NCBI GenBank assembly: GCA_951406725.2 | Contig: OX597839.1 | Location: 41,167,015-41,231,014 of the forward strand | Length of the DNA stretch: 64,000 bases | Direction of reading: 5' to 3' | DNA from: Octopus vulgaris | Lineage: Eukaryota | Shown here: one piece after another, positions 39,059-52,550 of the stretch | Layout: each line of letters opens with the position of its first letter | Position numbering within the stretch: position 1 is the stretch's first letter | Made by a program: the position numbers and the translations under genes | The notes under the pieces: generated by a model | The model's input: the letters and a program-made list of their open reading frames with translations, nothing else | Told to the model about the DNA's origin: nothing | Database searches by the model: none

Positions 39059-39261
39059 CAGTGCTTTTCAAACTTTTTGCTGGAGCGGAACCCCAAGGAA
39101 ACATTCCACTGGCTCGGAACATTCCACTGTGCTATAATTTAATAGTCTTATGCACACATATCTGCACAGGAAAATTTAAAATTACTGCCGATTTTAGCAG
39201 TTTTGTAACTACTTGCGGAACTCCTGGACTGTACTGGTGGAACCCTGGTTGAAAACCATTG
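39059..39261. mobile_element. hAT (Charlie-like) MITE
   Basis: TIRs CAGTGCTTTTCAAAC / GGTTGAAAACCATTG and a perfect 8-bp TSD GTATACAG (39051-39058, 39262-39269). Confidence 0.92.
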
Positions 39262-39579
39262 GTATACAGTGTAAACATGTAGCATAAACATTCAAACATT
39301 GTCACTATCTTTCCAACTCTCGCTGCATTTCACATGGAGCTTTTGGCCCTTCAAAGTTGTCTTGGTGTGTTAGACAACCTTCTTTTATTTTTGGGTTTTA
39401 GGTTTTTTTGGTCTGAAAAATAAGACTTGCACATATTGGAAAAGAGTTGGTTTATTGAGTAAATAAATGTGTCGCTGTCGCATACATTGTACATCTGTTG
39501 GTTATATAGCACTTGTTAGCCAAAGTCAGAACTTGAAATTCTTATCCCTTGGGTAGAAACTTCATATACTCTCTCTCTC

Positions 39580-40645
39580 TCTTTTACTCTTTTACTTGTT
39601 TCAGTCATTTGACTGCGGCTATGCTGGAGCACCGCCTTTAGTCGAGCAAATCAACTCTGGGACTTATTCTTTGTAAGCCCAGTACTTATTCTATCGGTCT
39701 GTTTTGCTGAACCGCTAAGTGACGGGGACATAAACACACCAGCATCGGTTGTCAAGCAATGCTAGGGGGACTAACACACACACACAAACTCACACACATA
39801 CACATATATACATATACACATATATATACGACAGGCTTCTTTCAGTTTCCGTCTACCAAATCCACTCACAAGGCATTGGTCGGCCCGGGGCTCTAACAGA
39901 AGACACTTGCCCAAGATGCCACGCAGTGGGACTGAACCCGGAACCATGTGGTTGGTTAGCAAGCTACTTACCACACAGCCACTCCTGCGCCTATATATTT
40001 TACTTGCTTCTCAAATCTGGAAAAAAAAAACAACAGCAATGCAGAAATCATGCCATAGTGCAATTTGTCTGGCTGTTGTTGTTTAGCCCCAGGTCAGTAT
40101 TAGTCTTGATTTGATGGGATTATGCTCAGAGGCATTCCAGCCATGACTGTCTCGTTTTATTTCTGCCAACATACGGTATGATTTGAGTCTAATGACGGAA
40201 ACAGTTTAAAGAATATGAGTATATGAGGCGTAGGAGTGGCTGTGTGGTAAGTAGCTTGTTTACCAACCACATGGTTCCGGGTTCAGTCCCACTGCGTGGC
40301 ACCTTGGGCAAGTGTCTTCTACTATAGCCTCGAGCCGACCAAAGCCTTGTGAGTGGATTTGGTAGACGGAAACTGAAAGAAGCCCGTCATATATATATAT
40401 ATATATGTGTATGTTTGATGTGTATGTTTGTGTGTCTGTGTTTGTCCCCCTAGCACTGCTTGACAACCGATGCTAGTGTGTTTATGTCCCTGTTACTTAG
40501 CGGTTCGGCAAAAGAGACCGATAGAATAAGTACTGGGCTTACAAAAGAATAAGTCCCAGGGTCGAGTTGCTCGATTAAAGGCGGTGCTCCAACATGGCTG
40601 CAGTCAAATGACTGAAACAAGTAAAAGAGAAAAAAAAGAAAAGAG
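39580..40645. mobile_element. Head-to-head SINE family A pair (39580-39992 -, 40227-40645 +)
   Basis: Consensus matches in opposite orientation just upstream of the 40886 exon. Confidence 0.9.
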
Positions 40646-40885
40646 AATATTGTTGTTTTTAGTCATTGACTGGCTATGAGGGCTTCCTCTTCCTGAGTAA
40701 AATAGGAATTAAAGGGGTCCATAGGTAAAAGAAATAAGAATTAAAGGGGTCCATAGGCAGGAAAAAAATATGGTTGTGAATCACTGAAGCATATGGCTAA
40801 AAAAGGTAAAAAATACAAATTTTCATTAAATTTAATGTTTTTGTTGCTGTTTTACTAAAATAAATTTTCTTCTCTTTTTCTGCAG

Positions 40886-41568
40886 CCCAAACTGTCCAGC
40901 ATCCAAAACAGACCCCTTCCAGCCCTACCAATTGATAGAAATGGACATAGTAAATCTAGTATACAGCGATCGTCGCTGCAGAATTTATCGTCGACGGACG
41001 ATGGTGATCGCACGTCTTCAAGTTGTCACGTTCCTCTCAGAGAGTCAGTCCATCCGTATAACCCACGGCGGAGGGAGAGCTCTCCGAAGACTAAGGGTCA
41101 GAGGCCGCTGAGCGGAGCAGCATTTGATATAAAAAAAAGCTACAACGGTTACAGCCGGGCATTGTCATGCGATGCCTCGTACTACGGATACAGATCCAGC
41201 GTCCACTGCCCCCAAGCGTCGCCTCTAGTGAAGCAACAAAGCTTCCCAGAGACAGAAAGCACATCTCTGCAGCAGTTATATACGTTAGAAGGACATGGCA
41301 AACACATTGAGGAACCCTGCTTGCCTGCTAGTTGTCCAAACAACAGCAGCAGCAGCATCACTGACCACCAACATTGGCGACCGACACTTGACATTGGGAG
41401 GCACTTGTCGCCAATGGCACGTCATTCGAGAAAGGAGCCGCATGCACCTCAGCTCCCTTATTCCCAACCTGGACCAACATCATCTCCACAGTCGTCAAGG
41501 TACCAAAATGATAGTCTCTTTCAATACCAGGGTTATTATGATAGTTCCATACCGAATTCACCGTCAAG
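40886..41568 (+). CDS. SH2D5: Exon: disordered linker, last coding exon visible
   Basis: tctctttttctgcag acceptor, 683-nt open frame PKLSSIQNRPLPALPIDRNG...YYDSSIPNSPS, AG|gtaagt donor (phase 2). Confidence 0.8.
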
Positions 41569-42399
41569 GTAAGTTCCAGCTTCTTTTGGTCACCTTTCAG
41601 TATTTAAACTGGTCATATCCAGCCCAAATATTTTCTACCTGTTTTATGTTCAAACTGACCAGATCCAGCCTCTCACACCTACTCCACAATGTTGTTCTAT
41701 AAACAATCACATCATCGAAATATTTGGTCCCTCATACACCTACTCTACAAAATCAATATTGAAAAATAAACAATCACATCATCAAATTCTCAAAGCCACA
41801 AGATAATCCAAGATTAATTCAAAACAACGTGAATAAATAAGTTCCAAAGGGTTACACTGGCCATATCCAACCCAGATATTGTACCTGTTATATGTCCAAA
41901 CTGGACATATCCAGCCTTTCATATCTACCCTACGATGTCGTTCTAAAAATAAACAATCACATCATTGAAATCTCAAAGCTATGAGATAATGCATGATTAA
42001 TTCAAGACAATGTGAATAAATAAGCATCGTTTTTGACAAAGTAATCTGAATGCCAAAGAGTTAATTTAGCCATTATTTCCTTTTGGTTTTGTCATTAAAT
42101 TATAAAAACTGGCAGAGAGGCCTTGCTGATCTCCATGGATGGTAATAAGATGAAGTTTTACTGCTTCCATTGTTGTTGTCATTGCTTAGTATAGTGGATG
42201 GTTAGGGAGCAACTGTTAGGGATGCTGTTGTAAAAATCTAAGCTATATAACTGAAGTAGGGGTGTGTGATCATCATCATCATCATCATCATTATTGTGTT
42301 TGTCCTCATTGTAGCCATCATCATCATCAACATTGTTGTTGCCCTCTACTTTTTCCATGCTTGCACATAGGTCAGCTGATGATGATGTGGTAGAGCATA

Positions 42400-43280
42400 G
42401 CAGCTGAGGTGAGAGCAGGATTGTAGTTCATGTAGTAGTGGGAAAATAGCTAGGGTGACAATATAATTGCAGTTGATGTAGCGGTAAGATAGCAGCTGGG
42501 GTGACAGTAGGATAGCAGTTGATGTAGTAGTAAATTGATTGCTAGGTTGGCAGTTGGAAAGCAGTTGATGTAGCTATAGGAAGGCTGCTGGGATGGCAGA
42601 AAGAACACAGTTGATGTACGTTGGCAGCTGGTGTGGCAGCAGGATAGCTGTTGGTGTTGCAGTGGAATGGCAGTAGGATAGCAGTTGATGTAGCAGTCAC
42701 AGTGGCAGTAGGATAGCAGTTGGTATAGTAGTTGGAGTGGCAGTAGGATAGCAGTAGATTAGCAGTAGGATAGCAGTTGGTGTTGCAGTGGATTGGGAGT
42801 AGGATAGTAGTTGGTGTTGTAGTGGGATGGCAGTTGGAGTGGCAGTAGGATAGCAGTTAAAGTTGCAGTGGAATGACAGTAGGATAGTAGTTGGTGTTGC
42901 AGTGGAATGACAGTAGGATACCAGTTGGTGTTGCAGCTGGATGGCAGTTGGTGTGGCAGTAGGATAGCAGTTAGTGTTGCAGTGGGATGGTAGTTAAAAT
43001 GGCCATAGGATAGCCGTTGGTGTTGCAGTAAAATGGCAGTTGGATGGGCAGTAGGATAGCAGTTGGTGTTGCAGTGGGATGGCAGTAGGATAGCAGTTGG
43101 TGTTGCAGTGGGATGGCAGTAGCATAGCAGTTGGAGTGGCAGCAGGCAAATAGTTGATAAAGCAGTAGGAGGTAGTTGTTATAGCAGTGGGATGTTAGCT
43201 GGATTGGCAGTAGGAAAACAGTTGCTGCTGCAGTAAGATAGCAGCTGGGGTGACAGTAGGGTGGCAGCTGGAATGGTGTT
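42400..43280. repeat. Degenerate 34-bp minisatellite (GGCAGTAGGATAGCAGTTGGTGTTGCAGTGGGAT)
   Basis: Clean units at 43047, 43081, 43115, decaying outward. Confidence 0.85.
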
Positions 43281-43993
43281 GTGCTTTCTTTTGACATTCA
43301 AACTAACTTTGGTGACATCATTTATTTCTCAAGAATTCCCACCCTTAAAACAGCACAATACCCTACTAGAAAAAGAAAAAAAACTGACCCTACCGCCATC
43401 ACCACCACCACCACCACCACCACCACCACCGCTGCATTCTACAGAAACCCCTTTCTGTACTACATCCCGAGCTGTTTCATCAATGATGTTCAAAGTACAG
43501 TACCGGAACTGACACTTCCGCCTTCTGTAGTGGTAGTAACAGTTGTGGTGGTGGTGGTGGTAGTTGCAGTGGTGTTGGTGGTGGTAGTGGTTGTTTTTAA
43601 TGGTGGTGGTGGGTGTGTTGGTGGTCATAAGGTTGGTAGTGGTAGTGGTTGTGGTGGTGGTGGTGGTAGTAGCAGTTGTGGTGGTGGTAGTGGTAGTGGT
43701 TGTGGTAGTGGTTGTGGTGGTGGTGCTGTTGCCAGTTCTGATGATAGTGGTAGTGGTGGTTGTCAATGGTCTTTTGTGGTGTCGGTGCAGCTGGCAGTTG
43801 GTGGGGGTAAAAAGAAATGGTAGGGGGTGGATCATCCTTAATGCAGAGCAGGTTGTGATGGTGGAGGTGGGGGTAACTGTAGAATATGTAATTTTTAGGT
43901 CAGACCCTAACTTGGAATACATTTGGATGCATTTGTGTGTGTGTGTGCGTGTATGTGTGTGTGTGCGTATGTAAGTATGGATGTGTGTGTATG

Positions 43994-44034
<41 letters not shown>

Positions 44035-44333
44035 TGGTTACTCCATTTCACAGTTGTGTGAGCATACATACATTTATTTATCCATCTATACATGCCTACA
44101 TATATGCATACACGCACACATACACATATACACACACATATTACTGGGTGAACACACACACATACACATAAATAAACACACATACATACACACACACACA
44201 CACTCAAAATGGCTGTGTTTAAGAATTTCGTTTTGCAACCCCTGTGGCTTTACATTCAGTCCCACTGCAAAACATTTTGGTAGTGCCTCAACATGGCCAC
44301 AGTTTAATAAATGATAGTCCAAAAGAAAGTTAA

Positions 44334-44745
44334 GGCGCAGGAATGGCTGTGTGGTAAGTAGCTTGCTAACCAACCACATGGTTCTGGGTTCAGTCCCACT
44401 GCGTGGCATCTTGGGCAAGTGTCTTCTGCTATAGCCCCGGGCCGACCAATGCCTTGTGAGTGGATTTGGTAGACGGAAACTGAAAGAAGCCTGTCGTATA
44501 TATGTATACATATATATATGTATGAGTGTGTGTATTAGTGTGTCTGTGTTTGTCCCCCTAGCATTGCTTGACAACCGATGCTGGTGTGTTTACGTCCCCG
44601 TCACTTAGCGGTTCGGCAAAAGAGACCGATAGAATAAGTACTAGGCTTACAAAGAATAAGTCCCGGGGTCAATTTGCTCGACTAAAGGCGGTGCTCCAGC
44701 ATAGCCGCAGTCAAATGACTGAAACAAGTAAAAGAGTAAAAGAGT
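44334..44745 (+). mobile_element. SINE family A, full length
   Basis: Match to the family consensus. Confidence 0.92.
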
Positions 44746-45946
44746 GTGTGTGTGTGTGTGAAGCACATATCATCATTTAGAATCTGTCTTTCTTGCTGGA
44801 TTGGGGACCAAAGCCTTGTGAGTGGAGCCTAAATGATAAAGCTCTATGACCTATTGTTTGTGATTCCCAGATTGGCCAGAGGTACTCTAGATCTTCTGAA
44901 CTATTTGCCTATACAATAAAGCATTGTCGCCTGTTGCTTGTGGTTAGTGGTACTGCAGGTCTTCTGAAGCCTTTCCCTATAATATAATGCACCGTTTCCT
45001 ATAGCCTATGGTTCATACTATGGTTAGATATTCTATAGGTGTTCTAAGGTGGGGGAAATGGCAGAATCATTAGCACGCTGGGCGAAATGCTTAGTGGTAT
45101 TTTGTCTGCCGCTACATTCTGAGTTCAAATTCTGCCGAGGTTGACTTTGCTTTTCATCCTTTCGGGGTCAATGAACTAAGCACCAGTTACGCAGTGGGGT
45201 CGATATAATCGACTTAATCCATTTGTCCGTCCTTGTTTGTCCCCTCTGTGTGTAGCCCCTTGTGGGCAGTAAAGAAATAAGAAACATTAGCACACTGGGC
45301 AAAATTTTAGCGGTATTTCGTTTGTCTTTACATTCTGAGTTCAAATTTTTCTGAGGTCAACTTTGCCTTTTATCCTTTGAGGGGGTTAATAAATTAAGTA
45401 CCAGTTGCGTACTGGGGTTGATGTAATCGACTGCCCCCCCCCCCCCCACTACCTCCATATTTCGGGCCTTGTGCCTAGAATAGAAAAGATTCTATAGGTG
45501 CTCTGAAATCTCCTCCTCTGCAAAAAGGTTCTATATTAGTAATGTCTTCTGATTCAAATGAGTAATCAGTCAAAATTAGTCCACAACAGCAACAACAACA
45601 ACAACTCACACACACATAGACATGTGCTTGCACACAGCATTTTTGTTTATCTTTATATAGAAAGCTGTTCCAATATATATACACTTTGTGTATGTGGTGG
45701 GGGTGGGGGGTGCATAGGTGTGTTTGTGAACTTCATACAGTTTTTTTCCACTTTTAATCAGAAGAGGTTACTGAAATCAGTCAAGGGTCTCGAGAGTTTA
45801 GTGCCTAACTTTTATCTCTTTCAGAAGTGCCATGCATGAAACTCCTGACCCCTGAGTCATTTTTGTAATTTTTTGCTGATTAATAATAATAATAATAATA
45901 ATTAATAATAATAATAATAATAATGATAATAATAGATAATAATATT

Positions 45947-46093
45947 GTGGTAAGTAGCTTGTTTACCAACCACATGGTTCCGGGTTCAGTCCCACTGCTG
46001 GCACCTTGGGCAAGTGTTTTCTACCATAGCCTTGGGCCGACCAAATTCTTGTGAGTGGATTTGGTAGACGGAAACTGAAAGAAGAACGTCGTA

Positions 46094-46148
<55 letters not shown>

Positions 46149-46633
46149 AAATATTAGGGAATAAATCCAAACTTACAGGGAAAAATCAGATTTAGGATTG
46201 AATCCAATTTTATAGTAAAATATTATATTATATTAAATTAGAGATAAAACCACTATTAGGCAAATCAAACAATGAAAAACTTAAGCCAATACATAAGATT
46301 AATTAATTTATATTATTTAAATATATATCAAAATTATTAAAAAAGAAAATTAATATAACACTACGATCGTTTCATGGCTGTTGACTGATTAGAGATAAAA
46401 CCACTATTAGGCAAATCTTGGTGAGTTAAATAAGTAAACCACCTGAAGAATGACTGTAACTCGAAAATTTTAAGAAATCAACAGCCATGAAACGATCGTA
46501 GTGTTATATTAATTTTCTTTTTTAATAATTTTGATATATATTTAAATAATATAAATTAATTAATATTATGTATTGGCTTAAGTTTTTCATTGTATGATTT
46601 GCCTAATAGTGGTTTTATCTCTAATTTAATATA

Positions 46634-46667
<34 letters not shown>

Positions 46668-46865
46668 GCGTGTGTGTGTTTGTGTGTCTGTGTTTGTCCC
46701 CCTGGCGTTGCTTGACAACCGATGCTGGTGTGTTTATGTCCCTGTTACTTAGCGGTTCGGCAAAAAGAGACCGATAGAATAAGTACTGGGCTTACAAAGA
46801 ATAAGTACTGGGGTCGGTGCTCCAGCATGACTAGTCAAATGACTGAAACAAGTAAAAAAGTAAAA

Positions 46866-46870
<5 letters not shown>
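45947..46870 (+). mobile_element. SINE family A interrupted in its (TA)n tract by a fold-back insert
   Basis: Head 45947-46095, insert ~46145-46638, body and tail 46670-46870. Confidence 0.88.
46440..46503 (+). ncRNA. Candidate minimal type I hammerhead ribozyme (canonical core)
   Basis: CAC-CUGAAGA-AUGACUGU..ACAGCCAU-GAAA-CGAUCG-UA-GUG. Confidence 0.72.
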
Positions 46871-46906
<36 letters not shown>

Positions 46907-47072
46907 CAGATATACGTGTATATACAAATACATTTACATACATTCACACATATGCACAGATATATATGTGTCTGGGTGTATAAATATGTGTGTGTATGCA
47001 TATATATATGTGTACATATATGTGTGTGTGTGTATGCACATTATATATATATGCATGTATCAGAAAACCCTC

Positions 47073-47134
<62 letters not shown>

Positions 47135-47453
47135 GCACGTGTAACATATTTATAATCATTCAAGTACGTGCATACACATGTACTCATTCATATACAGACA
47201 CATCTTGTCCTCAATTCTTTTTACCCTCCCCCCCCCGAGGGGCAGGGCATGCCACCATCCAACGCCCCCCCCCCCGCCCCGCCCTCCGTTCTCCGCGTGT
47301 TCCGCTCCAGCACTGGAGTGTATCATAGCCGTAATTGATTTCACTTCGTTCACAACACACTGCAATTCATTACTGTGCATTAGCACGCATGCAGACACAT
47401 GCACGCGCGCACACACAGAGGCATATGTATACACATACATACATATATATACT

Positions 47454-47501
<48 letters not shown>

Positions 47502-47582
47502 TATAGATATACATATATATATATACAGATATACATATATATATATATATATATATAGATATACATATATATAAATATACAG

Positions 47583-47631
<49 letters not shown>

Positions 47632-47759
47632 TATGTATATATATATGTATATATCTATATATATTATATGCACACGATAACCTGCCATAATTCTTTGGGC
47701 TGACACCCGGCTCAATGTGTGCGAGTATTTCTCTCTCCCCCCTCCTTTCCTTTTGTGTA

Positions 47760-48248
47760 TATGTTTACATATATCTGTATGCATATACATATGTTGGTAT
47801 ATGTTTATACATGTATATGTGTGCATACACACACACCACACACACTCACATGTATACAGACATGCACAAACATATGCCTATGTAGTTAGCTGACTATATA
47901 ATTCTTTAATTTGCATCAATATATTCGTGTGTGTGTGTGTATGCATGCATATATATATAACGCATATGTGCATTATGTGCGTGTGTGTATGTATATATAA
48001 TACAACACACATGCACACACACACACACATACTCATATATATATATATATATATATATACCTACATATATTACCTACCCACAAACACTGAAGCCCATTCA
48101 CACACAGACATACAGAACTTTACCCTAATTCTTTAAAACACCTCAGCTATGTTAATTAGGACTCCCACCCCCACTTCTGTTTCACTAGAACTCCTCCCTC
48201 TCCCCTCATTATATATATACATATATATATATACATATATATACATAC

Positions 48249-48313
<65 letters not shown>

Positions 48314-50046
48314 TATATATATATATATGTACATATGTATATATATATATATATATATATACATATATATGTATGTATGTATATATATATATTTATATAC
48401 ACTCACAGTTAATGAAGTGTACAGATGGTTTTTCTTAAGTGTGCAATGTCTCTCTCTCTCTCTCTCTCTCACACACTCTCTTTTTCTCTCTCTCTCTTTT
48501 ATTTCATTCCCTCTCTTTCTCTTGTCTGCCTCTCTCCCTCTGTCTGTCTCTCTCTGTCTTTCTATTTAACTTTCCTTTTTTCTTCCTTCTTCTGTCTGTC
48601 TGTCTGTCTCTGTTTTTCTCTCTAAATTTCTCTGTCTTTGTCTCTCTCTCTCCTTCTCTCTCTCTCACTGTCTCTGCCTATGTCTCTCTCTCTCCTCTCT
48701 CTCTCACTGTCTCTGTCTCTCTCCCTCCCTCTCTCACTGTCTCTGTCTCTCTCCCTCCCTCTCTCACTGTCTCTGTCTCTCTCCCTCCCTCTCTCACTGT
48801 CTTTGTCTCTCTCTCTCTCTCATATCTTGTTTTATGTATGTAAGAAGTTAAGTAGGTAACAGATAACCACCCCAGCACTGCTACAACTGCTACCACCACC
48901 ACCACCACCACCACAACCACAACTACCACCGCCTCAACCACCAACACTAATGCTACACTATATCACCACCACCACCACCACAACTGACTGTCACCACCAT
49001 CACCACCACTATCAGCCACTGCCATCATTCCATGACCACCACTTCCCACAAGAGCCACTGCTACAGCCATCACCACAACCATCACCACCATCACTGCCTC
49101 CACCAGCCACTACTGCCATCATTACTACCACCACCACCACCACCACCACCACCACAACCACTGCCGCCGCCACTACCACCTCCACCACCGCCGCCGCCAC
49201 AACCCCCCCTCCCTTTACAGGTTCAGGCCATAAAAACAACAACCTCTTTTCCCACCACTAACATCAATTTTCCACATTCAATTTCACAGATGAGCTTCGA
49301 ATAACAACAGCAGTGGTAGTGATGGTGGTGGTGGTGGTGGTTGTGGTGGTGGTAGTAGTGGTGATTGATGGTGTTGAAGTGGGGTAATGATGGTGGTGAT
49401 GGTGGTGGTATTTTTATTGATGGTGGTGGTAGTGATGGTGGTGGTGGTGATGGTAGTGGTGGTGGTGATGGTGGTGGTGATTGATGGTATTGAAGGGGGT
49501 AATGTTGGTGGTGGTGATGATTGATGTGGTGGTCATAATGATAATGTTGGTAGTAGTAGTAGTAGTGGTAGTAGTGGTAGTGATAGTGATGGTCACAGCA
49601 ATTGTAGTGGTAGTGGTGGTGGTGTTAATATCAATGATGGTGGTGGTGGTGGTAGAGGTGGTTGTGATGGTGATGGTTGTGGTGATGATTGATGGTGGTG
49701 GTTGTGGTGGTAGTAGTAGTAGTGGTCATAGCGATGGTTTTGTGGTATGGTGGTATGTTTACATATATCTGTATGCATATACATATGTTGGTATATGTTT
49801 ATATATGTATATGTGTGCATACACACACACACACTCACATGTATACATACATGCACAAACATATGCCTATGTAGTTAGCTGACTATATAATTCTTTAATT
49901 TGCATCAATATATTCGTGTGTGTGTGTGTATGCATGCATATATATATATATAACGCGTATGTGCATTATGTGCGTGTGTGTGTGCATGTATATATATATT
50001 TATATATATATATATATAATACAACACACATGCACACACACACATA

Positions 50047-50081
<35 letters not shown>

Positions 50082-50266
50082 ACATATATTACCTACCCAC
50101 AAACACTGAAGCCCATTCACACACAGACATACAGAACTTTACCCTAATTCTTTAAAACACCTCAGCTATGTTAATTAGGACTCCCACCCCCCACTTCTGT
50201 TTCACTAGAACTCCTCCCTCTCCCCTCATTATATATATACATATATATATATATACATATATATAT

Positions 50267-50306
<40 letters not shown>

Positions 50307-50318
50307 CATACATACATA

Positions 50319-50373
<55 letters not shown>

Positions 50374-51551
50374 ATATATATATATATTTATATACACTCA
50401 CAGTTAATGAAGTGTACAGATGGTTTTTCTTAAGTGTGCAATGTCTCTCTCTCTCTCTCTCTCTCACACACTCTCTTTTTCTCTCTCTCTCTCTTTATTT
50501 CATTCCCTCTCTTTCTCTTGTCTGCTTCTCTCCTCTGTCTGTCTCTCTCTGTCTTTCTATTTAACTTTCCTTTTCTTCCTTCTTCTGTCTGTCTGTCTGT
50601 CTCTGTTTTTCTCTCTAAATTTCTCTGTCTTTGTCTCTCTCTCTCCTTCTCTCTCTCTCACTGTCTCTGCCTTTGTCTCTCTCTCTCCTCTCTCTCTCAC
50701 TGTCTCTGTCTCTCTCCCTCCCTCTCTCACTGTCTCTGTCTCTCTCCCTCCCTCTCTCACTGTCTCTGTCTCTCTCCCTCCCTCTCTCACTGTCTTTGTC
50801 TCTCTCTCTCTCTCATATCTTGTTTTATGTATGTAAGAAGTTAAGTAGGTAACAGATAACCACCCCAGCACTGCTACAACTGCTACCACCACCACCACCA
50901 CCACCACCACCACAACCACGACTACCACCGCCTCAACCACCAACACTAATGCTACACTATATCACCACCACCACCACCACAACTGACTGTCACCACCATC
51001 ACCACCACTATCAGCCACTGCCATCATTCCATGACCACCACTTCCCACAAGAGCCACTGCTACAGCCATCACCACAACCATCACCACCATCACTGCCTCC
51101 ACCAGCCACTACTGCCATCATTACTACCACCACCACCACCACCACCACCACCACCACCACCACAACCACTGCCGCCGCCACTACCACCTCCACCACCGCC
51201 GCCGCCACTACCACCTGCACCGCCGCCACAACCCCCCCTCCCTTTACAGGTTCAGGCCATAAAAACAACAACCTCTTTTCCCACCACTAACATCAATTTT
51301 CCACATTCAATTTCACAGATGAGCTTCGAATAACAACAGCAGTGGTAGTGATGGTGGTGGTGGTGGTGGTGGTAGTAGTGGTGATTGATGGTGTTGAAGG
51401 GGGTAATGATGGTGGTGGTGGTGGTTATGGTGGTACTGATGGTGGTGGTAGAGATGATGGTGGTAGTGATGGTGGTGGTGGTGATTGATGGTATTGAAGG
51501 GGGTAATGTTGGTGGTGGTGATGATTGATGTGGTGGTCATAATGATAATGT

Positions 51552-51583
<32 letters not shown>

Positions 51584-51735
51584 ATAGTGGTAGTGATAGT
51601 GATGGTCACAGCAATTGTAGTGGTAGTGGTGGTGGTGTTAATATCAGTAATGGTGGTGGTGGTGGTAGAGGTGGTTGTGATGGTGATGGTTGTGGTGATG
51701 ATTGATGGTGGTGGTAGTAGTAGTAGTAGTGGCAG
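47760..51735. repeat. ~2-kb tandem duplication (two copies)
   Basis: Unique anchors recur at offsets of 1989-2004; differences are mostly microsatellite lengths. Confidence 0.93.
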
Positions 51736-51976
51736 TGGTGTTAATGTTGTTGGTACTTAATAAGTTACAGTATTGGCACCAGCTGCAGTACTGGTTGTTT
51801 GATTAGACCCACAGAACAGGCTCTGTAGTTGATAAGATCACCTTACATCCACATGGTTTCAGGTTCAATCCCATTGCCCAGCAACTCAGGCCAAGTATTC
51901 TCTTCTACAACCCCAGGTCAACTTAAGCATTGTGAGTGGATTTGGTAGACAGAAAATGAAAGAAGCCAATTGTGTT

Positions 51977-52016
<40 letters not shown>

Positions 52017-52017
<1 letters not shown>

Positions 52018-52320
52018 CTTTATATATAAAACTAAAGTTGTGTGTGTGTCTGTCTACTCCGATTTAGATTCCTAACTACTCCCACATTTTGCGGTGCAGT
52101 TTAACCAAAAGCGGGTATCTTATAGTCGTGATTCATATCGAGCCCTTCTGGGTATTAGTGCGCGTCTATGATGAGTCTACGATTAAAAAAAAAATTTACC
52201 ATCATTTTTCTGCATCTTTAATGATTTTTGGCTCGGTTTATATAAGGGAAGTAGCTCTCTAAAAATGCTTATATAGTTATTTCCCTTACAAACCCGAGCA
52301 ACGCCGGGCGATACTGCTAG
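52017..52320 (+). mobile_element. Non-autonomous Helitron (same family as 31589-31965)
   Basis: A|TCTTTATATATAAAA...CCCGAGCAACGCCGGG...CTGCTAG|T. Confidence 0.87.
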
Positions 52321-52505
52321 TATATATATATATATATATATATATAGGCACAGCAGTGGCTGTGTGATAAGCAGCTTGCTTCCCAACCACATGGTTCTGG
52401 GTTCAGTCCCAATGTGTGTCGCCTTGGGCAAGTGTTTTCTACTATAGCCTCATGCCGATCAAAACCCTGTGAATGGATTTGGTAGACGGATACTGAGAGA
52501 AACCC

Positions 52506-52550
<45 letters not shown>

